From an uncultured Candidatus Saccharibacteria bacterium (lineage in GTDB: Bacteria; Patescibacteriota; Minisyncoccia; Minisyncoccales; UBA1441), in NCBI GenBank assembly GCA_964477715.1, contig CAYZEC010000011.1, positions 1 through 54,568 on the forward strand: 54,568 nt of DNA, given 5' to 3'. How positions within the stretch are numbered: the first letter of the stretch is position 1; each line of letters begins with the position of its first letter. Under the pieces are notes generated by a model that saw nothing but the letters and a program-made list of their open reading frames with translations, was not told the origin of the DNA and searched no databases. Shown here piece after piece: positions 48,030 through 54,568 of the stretch. The position numbers were made by a program, and so were the translations under genes.

Positions 48030-49670
48030 TTATCCACTAGTCTCTGGCATTATCTGATAATAATTAAGAATATATTGAGCTAATTTACCAAATATTGGCC
48101 CAGCAGATTCTGATGAATTAATTGCCTGAGGAGCGTCTAATTTTATTAAAATACTAAAAGCTGGATCCAGGGCTGGACCATAGCCAGCAAAACCATGGAT
48201 TGTTTCTTCAAGATATCCTCCTCCTGGCTTAGGAATCTGTGCTGTTCCCGTCTTCCCGGCAATTAAATAACCAGCCACTCCAGCTGGTCGACCGTAACCC
48301 TCGCTGACCACATCTACCATCATCATCGTTGTCTGGGCTGCCACTCGGGCATTAATTGCCTGCCCCACTTCTTCAGGATGAGTTTCGTAAACTACTCCAT
48401 CATAGCTAATTCTTTTTTCAACAACAAAAGGTTTCATCAATATTCCATCATTGGCAATCGCATTAATCGCCATCATCAATTGAATTGGAGTAGTCGCAAT
48501 CCCCTGCCCAAATGACGCTGTGGCCAGATCACGCTCATATCCTTTTTTTAAAGTTTGATTAGCCGAAAATTCTTCTCCCGCTAAATCAATTTCCGTTGGA
48601 CGAGTGAAACCAAATAAATCAACATATTTTAAAAATAATTCTCGACCAAGTTTTTGTTGAACAAAAACCGAACCAGTATTAATAGATTTATTCAAAACTT
48701 CAATCATTGATTGCTCTCCCCAAACCCTCTGACGATAATTATAAATAGGTGGCCCTCCAACTGAAACCGATCCCGTATCATGATAGGTAGTCTCGGGACT
48801 CACCAAATATTCATTTAACCCTGCTGCCATAGTAACTACTTTAAAGATTGAGCCAGGCTCAAACAGTCTCTGAGTTGCTGGATTAATAAATCGATCTAAC
48901 GTCTCATTGCTGTAAAAATTTGGATCGAAACTTGGATAATTAGCCATAGCTAATATCCGTCCAGTTTTAGGATCAGAAACGATAATTGTTCCCCCTTCAA
49001 TTTGCCAATCTTCTTTCGCTTCTTTTAACAACTGTTCTGCTTGAAACTGAATATTATAGTCAATCGTTAGATAAAGATCGTCACCGGCTGAAGCAGTAGA
49101 ATCATCTTCTTCATTATTCAAGTTCAAAAAAGAAAAACTCCTCATAAAAGAGGACTGACCCTGTAAATATTGATCATAATATCCCTCTAATCCATATTGA
49201 CCAATTTGATATCCACCCAAGAAACCAACAACATGAGCAGCCATTTCTCCTTGCGGATAAAATCTAATTTTTCTTTTTTCGGTTTTGTTAAGCAAAGGAT
49301 GATTTAATTCTTGAATTGACAACATCTGTTCATCGGTCAACTCTCGACAAATAATCCCTGAATCAATTAATCCGAGAATATCTTCTTTTAGTATTTCTGA
49401 CAATAACTCAGGTAATTCTTCTTCGGCCAAGATATCATTTGGAGAAAAATAAATAAGATTTTGACGCTCATTATTTGCCAAATACTCCCCTCCCTTAAAA
49501 AAAATACGCCCCCTATCTCCAAATACTTCTTGAAGCAATTCCTGTTGTCCCTGAGCTCGAGCTCGATAAAGAGCGCCATCTCTTACTTGTAAAATAAAAA
49601 GTCGCCCGACAAGTGCAATATTGAGTAAGAAAAAACAAACAAGAATAATATGCGCCCGGACATTTAACAT
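48030..49670 (-). CDS. ftsI: penicillin-binding protein, FtsI-type class B transpeptidase
   Basis: N-terminal TM. SIFK (SxxK), SIN (SxN) and KTGTA (KTG). Position is downstream of ftsL-rsmH-mraZ. Confidence 0.85.
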   Translation of the reverse strand: MLNVRAHIILVCFFLLNIALVGRLFILQVRDGALYRARAQGQQELLQEVFGDRGRIFFKGGEYLANNERQNLIYFSPNDILAEEELPELLSEILKEDILGLIDSGIICRELTDEQMLSIQELNHPLLNKTEKRKIRFYPQGEMAAHVVGFLGGYQIGQYGLEGYYDQYLQGQSSFMRSFSFLNLNNEEDDSTASAGDDLYLTIDYNIQFQAEQLLKEAKEDWQIEGGTIIVSDPKTGRILAMANYPSFDPNFYSNETLDRFINPATQRLFEPGSIFKVVTMAAGLNEYLVSPETTYHDTGSVSVGGPPIYNYRQRVWGEQSMIEVLNKSINTGSVFVQQKLGRELFLKYVDLFGFTRPTEIDLAGEEFSANQTLKKGYERDLATASFGQGIATTPIQLMMAINAIANDGILMKPFVVEKRISYDGVVYETHPEEVGQAINARVAAQTTMMMVDVVSEGYGRPAGVAGYLIAGKTGTAQIPKPGGGYLEETIHGFAGYGPALDPAFSILIKLDAPQAINSSESAGPIFGKLAQYILNYYQIMPETSG

Positions 49671-49673
49671 GCC

Positions 49674-49958
49674 TTACGGATTAACAGCAAAAACTTGTTC
49701 TTCGATACTAATATAAGTAATCTCTTTAACTTCTTCAAAATCCAAACTATCAATAGTCGGCCAAAGGTCAATTAAAGAAGAAGATTCAGCATAAATATTT
49801 TCAAGTTGATTTAAGGATTCCTCCAATTCAACTAATTCTCTTTTATATTCTTGAATTTGATAATGATGCTCATTAATTTTAATAATTTGAAAAGCATAGA
49901 ATCCGGTCAGAATCATTGCAGATAATAAGCCAATAGTTATTAAAAACTTAATTTTCAT
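49674..49958 (-). CDS. ftsL: FtsL-like cell division protein
   Basis: 94 aa. One TM helix followed by a coiled coil (YKRELVELEESLNQLENIY), in the canonical slot between rsmH and ftsI. Confidence 0.5.
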   Translation of the reverse strand: MKIKFLITIGLLSAMILTGFYAFQIIKINEHHYQIQEYKRELVELEESLNQLENIYAESSSLIDLWPTIDSLDFEEVKEITYISIEEQVFAVNP

Positions 49959-50856
49959 TTTTATTTAAATTAATTTTTTGAGCAACTCTTAGTCGCGCCG
50001 AACGAGCGCGATGATTAATTTTAATTTCATCTTCCGATGCCTTAACCGTTTTCTTAGTTAACAATCTAATTCTTCCCTCGGATTCTTCTCCTTTTAAAAA
50101 TTGTTTAACGATCCGATCTTCTAATTCATGAAAAGAGATAACTGCCATTCGTCCTTCTGGGGCCAACACTTCGATCATTTGCGGTAAGACTCGCGAAAGA
50201 TTCGACAACTCTCGATTAACTACGATCCTTAATGCTTGAAAGGTTTTTGTTGATTCATTAATTCTCTGTTGACAATACCAAGATGGAACCGATTTTCTTA
50301 TCACTGCCGCTAAATCATGAGTAGTGTTGATCGGACTTAACTGGCGTTCAGCCACAATATTGACTGAGATTTTTCGCCAAAATCTTTCTTGTCCGTAATC
50401 GCGGATAGCTGCTCCAATTTCTTCTTCTGGCCATTGGTTGATAATCGTCCAGGCATCAAGTTTATTGTATTTATCAAATCTCATGTCTAATCTTTCATTT
50501 TTCATAAAACTAAATCCTCGGCCAGACTTATCTAAATGCCAACTTGAAAAACCCAAGTCTAATAAAATTCCATGAACTGGGCCAAATTTATTTTCATGAA
50601 CTATTTCCGATAATCTGGCAAAATTATCAGCGACCAGTTTCACCCTTTCTCCATGCCCCTCTTCTTCAAAACGAACAGATAACTCTTCAATCAATTCATG
50701 AGTCCAATCAATTCCTAACAACTTTCCTCCTGGGCTGGTTTTTTCTAGAATTAAGCGCGAATGCCCTCCTCCATTAATTGTTCCATCAATAAAATTCTCA
50801 TTCTGCGCTGGGTTTAACAGTTCAATTAATTCTTTTTGTAAAACTGGAATATGCAT
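49948..50856 (-). CDS. rsmH: 16S rRNA (cytosine1402-N4)-methyltransferase
   Basis: MHIPVLQKELIELL, DGTINGGGHS, LLDLGFSSWHLD and ISFHELEDRIVK. Confidence 0.93.
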   Translation of the reverse strand: MHIPVLQKELIELLNPAQNENFIDGTINGGGHSRLILEKTSPGGKLLGIDWTHELIEELSVRFEEEGHGERVKLVADNFARLSEIVHENKFGPVHGILLDLGFSSWHLDKSGRGFSFMKNERLDMRFDKYNKLDAWTIINQWPEEEIGAAIRDYGQERFWRKISVNIVAERQLSPINTTHDLAAVIRKSVPSWYCQQRINESTKTFQALRIVVNRELSNLSRVLPQMIEVLAPEGRMAVISFHELEDRIVKQFLKGEESEGRIRLLTKKTVKASEDEIKINHRARSARLRVAQKINLNKNEN

Positions 50857-50857
50857 T

Positions 50858-51289
50858 TTAAATTCCTAATTCTTTAAGACGTTCGGCAATATTGCCAACT
50901 TCTTTTTCTGTTTTCTTTTGGTAAGCTGCCCAAAGTTCTTTGCTCCAAATTTCAATTCGATTATAAAGACCGACAACTATCGCTTCTTTTTTAAGCCCAG
51001 CATATTCTTTGAGATAATCTGGCAAAAGAATGCGCCCAGATTTATCAATATCGACTTCCATTGCTCCAGCTAACATAATGCGCGATAATCCTCGCGCATC
51101 TGATTGTGAAAAAGGCAGGTCGCTAAGTTTTTTAGCCAATACCTGCCATTCTTTTTGAGGATACAAGAACAAGCTTTGATCTAAACCTCTTGTTACTACA
51201 GCTTTTTTACCCAACCCCATTCTAAATTTAGTTGGGATTGCCAATCTCTTTTTGCTGTCGATAATATATTTATATTCACCAATAAACAT
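50858..51289 (-). CDS. mraZ: transcriptional regulator MraZ
   Basis: I start at ATG 51289 (MFIGEYKYIIDSKKRLAIPTKFR). Second SpoVT/AbrB-like repeat DKSGRILLPDYLKEYAGL. The track start at GTG 51304 adds 5 codons. Confidence 0.9.
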   Translation of the reverse strand: MFIGEYKYIIDSKKRLAIPTKFRMGLGKKAVVTRGLDQSLFLYPQKEWQVLAKKLSDLPFSQSDARGLSRIMLAGAMEVDIDKSGRILLPDYLKEYAGLKKEAIVVGLYNRIEIWSKELWAAYQKKTEKEVGNIAERLKELGI

Positions 51290-51320
51290 TTTTAGGTTAT
51301 CCACTTTTCTAATGACTTCT

Positions 51321-51383
51321 CCCCACTTTCATCCACATTTATCCATCTGTCGTCACTTTAACCCAGATATATATCAATGTCAA
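51321..51383 (-). promoter_or_regulatory. dcw promoter with phased GTGG-type repeats (putative MraZ operator)
   Basis: On the - strand: TTGACA (51378-51383), 17-nt spacer, TAAAGT (51355-51360). Then GTGACG, ATGGAT, GTGGAT and GTGGGG start exactly every 10 nt (plus-strand 51351, 51341, 51331, 51321). A fifth GTGGAT is at 51299-51304. Confidence 0.5.
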
Positions 51384-51439
51384 ACACTTTTTTAAAACCT
51401 AAAAACGTTGATTTTCCATTAATTTATTAACAATTTATC

Positions 51440-51479
51440 CCCAAAACAAAACTCCGCCCTTTATCTTTGGACGGAGTTT
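51440..51479 (-). terminator. rho-independent terminator after the surface-protein gene
   Basis: AAACTCCG...CGGAGTTT hairpin (51448-51479) followed on the - strand by TTTGTTTT. Confidence 0.6.
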
Positions 51480-51494
51480 AGCTAATTTAGTCCT

Positions 51495-53759
51495 TTAACC
51501 AATTTGATTGATCTGGTTTATTGTTCGACGAAGAGTTTTTTCTGAATGATAAGCATAAGCTTCCCTACGTCTATTTTCTAACCATCGACCAAATAATATC
51601 CATTGTTTACGTAAAACAAACACGCCAAATAAGCTAATCAAAAGAGGCAAGATTAAGTAGCGAGTTAATGTTCCGCCAATTCCCGTTGGAACATTAGCCG
51701 CTCCCCCGACAGCTCTTTTAACAACATTCACTACAGCCGTGGCTGAAACAACTCTACCCTCGCTCCTAGCCTGAGCGGTGTTGGTCAAAGAGGTGGTGCC
51801 GAAACTAAAATAACTCGGAGCATTAACGATAGCCCTAAAGGTAATATCTTTTGTTTGGCCCGAAGCAAGATAGCCAATTTCTATTCCGCTTAAAAGATTC
51901 TGAGAAGTCAGGATATCATCAATCATGACAGTTCCATTGATCAGCGATATATTAGAGGGCAAAATGTCTCTAACTTCTACAGCTGAAAGGGCATCCGTTC
52001 CCTGATTGTTAACACGAAGAGCAAAAGCTAAAACATCCGAAGGAGCAGCTGTTGTAGAAGATTTCCAAGTCGCCTCTCCAACACTTACATTTCTAACATG
52101 TTTAGTTATATCCAGGCTAATAGTTGGCTGAACTGATTGGACATAATACGCTGTAATTGATTGAGAGCCACCAGCTGTAATCCAAACAGTACAATCACGC
52201 GAAGAAACAGAGTCGCAACCAGACCAGTGACTAAAATTAGCACCATCATGTGTCGTTGGAGCTCTTAAAACAGTGCTAATGTCTCCTTGAACAGTACGAG
52301 TATAACTAGTTGTTCCATCTGTATTATAGGTACCTGAAATTCTTGAAATTTGAGCTCCTGCTTTTAGAACTCCGTCAACTCGACTCTGAACATTCAATGT
52401 GCTATTCAAGATAGAATCATTATAATTGGCAACAATCGTTTGAGATTGTCCTTCATCCACTCTAACCCAGCAATCTTTGCCAGATGTACTATTACATCCA
52501 GACCAATAACTGAATTCCGATCCACCATGTGTATCGGGAGCTCTTAATGTAACGCTAATCATTCCATCACGACTACGAGTATATTGAGTGCTTCCCGCCA
52601 TATTAGTCGTTCCGGAAATATAGCTAATATAAGCTCCGCCCTGTAATGACCCATTAACTCTACTTTGAACCGTTAAGCTACTCGGAACCACTACCGGCGT
52701 ACTATGGATATAGTTAGCGGTAATTGTTCTGTTTTGCCCCGCTTCAACTGTTATTGTACAATCTCTCTGAGAGACCGAAGAACAACCAGACCAGTGACTA
52801 AATTCTGATCCAGCATGAGTGCTAGGAGCCCTTAAAACAGTATTAATTGAGTTTGGTACAGTATGAGTATAATTAGTCGTTCCTCCCGAATTGGTAGTAC
52901 CAGAAATACGCTCAATATAGGCACCAGTTTGTAAAACACCATCTACTCTACTTTCAACATTTAAGGTTGCGTCTAACGGTGTGACATAATAAGCTGTAAC
53001 TGTTTTACTCTGCCCACCCGAAACTGAAACTGTGCAGTCTTGACCAGATGTTGAATTACAACCAGACCAATAAACAAAATCAGCTCCAACATGCTCAATG
53101 GGTGCTCTCAGAACAGTATTGATACTCCCCTGTACTGTTCGACTGTATTGACTCACTCCATTCATATTAGATGTTCCAGAAATCTGAACTATTGTTGCTC
53201 CTGGCAACAATGATTCATCTACTCTTGTTTGAACATTCAAAGTATTGGAAGGTTCTGGGGTTGGTGCAGGTGGAGTTGGTGTAGTTGGGGTTGGGCAAGA
53301 ATTTGTACAAGGATTTGTACAATTCGAGCTTGAACATGTCGTTGGACAAGAAGTCGTGCAAGAAGTTGTACTAGAAGTAGTTGTTCCTGAAACCAAAGCC
53401 CAGGCAGACCAAGCTAAACAGTTGTTGCTACCGTAAAAACCACAAGTTCTTCGGTAGTTACCTGAAGTTTCAACTTTTCCTTGCGGAGAACACTGATTGG
53501 TACAGTAAGTTGTGCTTGAAGATCCATTATAATTAGAGCTAGAATTACCACTATAGTAATTTGTTGAATAGTTTACCCCCCCAGAATTAGAATAAGTTGA
53601 CGTTCCGCCACCAGTGCCAGAATTATAAGTTGATCCGGAAGTGGTTGTTCCTCCTCCGACCCAAGTTAAGGCATCAGCCATTAGTGGTTGAACGACAAAA
53701 GCACCAAGTAATAATACTTGAAGCAGTAATTTAATTATTTTCTTACTTTTTTGATTCAT
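51495..53759 (-). CDS. 754-aa cell-surface protein: signal peptide, S/T/G/N- and Cys-rich region, four tandem InlB-B-repeat-like domains, DUF11-like domain, C-terminal anchor
   Basis: Signal KLLLQVLLLGAFVVQPLMADA. Cys/Thr/Pro tract TTSCTTSCPTTCSSSNCTNPCTNSCPTPTTPTPPAPTPEP. Four repeats share L(N/T)VQSRVDG..SGT.N..G.T.YTR....I.TVLRAP..H.G..F..WSGC.S.S..DC.V. The DUF11-like segment is VLAFALRVNNQGTDALSAVEVRDILP. The tail is NVPTG + TM + basic stretch. Confidence 0.75.
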   Translation of the reverse strand: MNQKSKKIIKLLLQVLLLGAFVVQPLMADALTWVGGGTTTSGSTYNSGTGGGTSTYSNSGGVNYSTNYYSGNSSSNYNGSSSTTYCTNQCSPQGKVETSGNYRRTCGFYGSNNCLAWSAWALVSGTTTSSTTSCTTSCPTTCSSSNCTNPCTNSCPTPTTPTPPAPTPEPSNTLNVQTRVDESLLPGATIVQISGTSNMNGVSQYSRTVQGSINTVLRAPIEHVGADFVYWSGCNSTSGQDCTVSVSGGQSKTVTAYYVTPLDATLNVESRVDGVLQTGAYIERISGTTNSGGTTNYTHTVPNSINTVLRAPSTHAGSEFSHWSGCSSVSQRDCTITVEAGQNRTITANYIHSTPVVVPSSLTVQSRVNGSLQGGAYISYISGTTNMAGSTQYTRSRDGMISVTLRAPDTHGGSEFSYWSGCNSTSGKDCWVRVDEGQSQTIVANYNDSILNSTLNVQSRVDGVLKAGAQISRISGTYNTDGTTSYTRTVQGDISTVLRAPTTHDGANFSHWSGCDSVSSRDCTVWITAGGSQSITAYYVQSVQPTISLDITKHVRNVSVGEATWKSSTTAAPSDVLAFALRVNNQGTDALSAVEVRDILPSNISLINGTVMIDDILTSQNLLSGIEIGYLASGQTKDITFRAIVNAPSYFSFGTTSLTNTAQARSEGRVVSATAVVNVVKRAVGGAANVPTGIGGTLTRYLILPLLISLFGVFVLRKQWILFGRWLENRRREAYAYHSEKTLRRTINQINQIG
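52122..53240 (-). repeat. four tandem coding repeats of about 92-96 codons each
   Basis: Residues 174-265, 266-361, 362-454 and 455-546 of the 754-aa protein align along their whole length. They are diverged at DNA level, not recent duplicates. Confidence 0.75.
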
Positions 53760-53833
53760 GTCTGGTTATTAATTTTTAATTTTCTATTCTTAGATAAGAC
53801 ATATTATCTTAATTCGTCAATATATTAAGATTT

Positions 53834-53873
53834 GGGGGGCCAGAAACGCACACTCGCGCGATTCTGGCCCTCC
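53834..53873. other. GC-rich 12-bp-stem hairpin at the composition boundary
   Basis: GGGGGGCCAGAA-16-nt loop-TTCTGGCCCTCC (one G-U pair). It lies 12 nt downstream of the stop of the GC-rich ORF and has no U-run on the - strand. Confidence 0.5.
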
Positions 53874-53884
53874 CCCACAGATTG

Positions 53885-54448
53885 CTACTTGGGTATCTGG
53901 ACCCAGCTTCCATCCAGGATCTCTTCCCAGAAGAAAATCAGATCCTGCCGGAGATCCAATAACCACAAGCGGTCTCTCGTCTCGATGAAGACGACCCAGC
54001 TGAATTGTTGGTTAGGATCGTACCCGTAGAGCTCAATGGCTGCTCGCGGCGGATACAGCCGAGCCGTACCAATAGCTACTGGCCCCACCCCCATCCTCTC
54101 CTGCACCCAAAGAGCGAACCGCTCCTCGTAATGCGTATTAGGGTCATACGGATGAGGCGCCGCTTCTAGGGTCCTCCAATCCCTGGGAAGCGGAGAGATC
54201 TCGTCCGCCCTCAAAAGGACGTAATTGACAAGAAATCTCGGGTCCCTATTCTCTACGTTCGTAGTCACTCGAAGCGCGAATGACCTCTGGAGCTCATCTC
54301 CCGACATCGTCATCCTGCTCGGGACCGGAACGGGTCCTGGGCCTGGCATTGGCAATGGCTCCGATCCCGGAAAGTAACAACCGCCGCTTCCCAAGATCAC
54401 CAGTACCGACAGAATAACTGTCAGAATCCCCTCGATTTCGATCTTCAT
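53885..54448 (-). CDS. GC-rich hypothetical exported protein (signal/anchor helix, Cys, Pro-rich linker)
   Basis: AAGGAGG lies 7 nt upstream of ATG 54448. MKIEIEGILTVILSVLVILGSGGCYFPGSEPLPMPGPGPVPVPS..., 187 aa. The lipobox is not canonical. Family not recognised. Confidence 0.6.
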   Translation of the reverse strand: MKIEIEGILTVILSVLVILGSGGCYFPGSEPLPMPGPGPVPVPSRMTMSGDELQRSFALRVTTNVENRDPRFLVNYVLLRADEISPLPRDWRTLEAAPHPYDPNTHYEERFALWVQERMGVGPVAIGTARLYPPRAAIELYGYDPNQQFSWVVFIETRDRLWLLDLRQDLIFFWEEILDGSWVQIPK

Positions 54449-54492
54449 GATCGACAACCTCCTTTTATCGTTTTCAAGATCAGGATAATCAG

Positions 54493-54521
54493 ATAATACC
54501 ACCCTATGATTATTCTGTCAA
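54493..54521 (-). promoter_or_regulatory. sigma70-type promoter of the GC-rich gene
   Basis: On the - strand: TTGACA (54516-54521), 17-nt spacer ending TGG, TATTAT (54493-54498). Confidence 0.5.
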
Positions 54522-54568
54522 GAGGAAAGAAGTAGCTACCCATCTTTGCCAGTTTTTCCCTGGTGGAT

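Noticed and set aside
51290-51445. Considered that the DnaA-box-like motifs upstream of mraZ mark oriC.
   Set aside because: There is no strand switch here, no dnaA/dnaN nearby and no obvious AT-rich unwinding element distinct from background. The strict 10-bp phasing over a promoter fits an MraZ operator better.
52122-53240. Checked whether the periodic repeats could be a CRISPR array or a DGR variable/template pair.
   Set aside because: The repeat unit is about 280 nt, contiguous and in-frame within one ORF. There are no short direct repeats with unique spacers, and no reverse transcriptase or template repeat in the window.
53690-53759. Considered calling the C-terminal NVPTG of the surface protein (residues 689-693, about 51681-51695 on the sequence) a sortase LPXTG signal.
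   Set aside because: The motif is non-canonical and is followed by a TM helix plus a 37-aa cytoplasmic tail, which is longer than sortase signals. No sortase gene is in the window. It is kept only as a remark.

Overview
Gene-dense, AT-rich window (about one third G+C by eye). Many 1-14 nt gene overlaps, a small-genome housekeeping gene set and intron-bearing rRNA suggest a CPR/Patescibacteria-like bacterium; this is inference, no search was possible. Gene order: murG (partial), gltX, a Xer recombinase and rpmA on +. Then about 40 kb almost entirely on -: rplI, an S41 protease, tRNA-Lys, grpE-dnaK-dnaJ, ftsQ-like, femAB-like, a Cas4-like nuclease, xseBA, rarA, degT-like, murF, a hydrolase, serS, lysS, mrdA-mreDC, a 23S-5S rRNA unit, murC, thpR, an accessory stretch at 30.8-42.7 kb, tRNA-Gln and dnaX. 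A short + block follows (cysS-dnaB-recR), then rplU, tRNA-Glu, ftsI-ftsL-rsmH-mraZ, a 754-aa repeat surface protein, and finally a GC-rich block. The points most worth a second look are these. (1) A 28-bp dif-like site lies 6 bp upstream of the only Xer gene, next to a convergent strand switch, so a replication terminus is likely. (2) The 23S rRNA gene is split by two group I introns, after positions equivalent to E. coli U1931 and U2500. Each carries a LAGLIDADG ORF, a readable P1 helix with a U-G pair and a terminal G. The 23S-5S unit has its own promoter and no 16S. (3) A self-contained 260-bp GC-rich promoter/SD/67-codon ORF/terminator cassette sits at 32.19-32.48 kb and could instead be a structured RNA. 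(4) Composition jumps abruptly to about 60% G+C at 53.83 kb. (5) An orphan HEPN-motif protein is co-transcribed with a tRNA-binding protein and a ferredoxin. (6) MurF carries a polytopic membrane domain in place of its normal N-terminal domain. (7) uvdE and a Pif1-like helicase are translationally coupled. I found no CRISPR array, reverse transcriptase, transposase or recognisable multi-gene defence system. All family calls rest on motifs read by eye in the supplied translations, with no database search.
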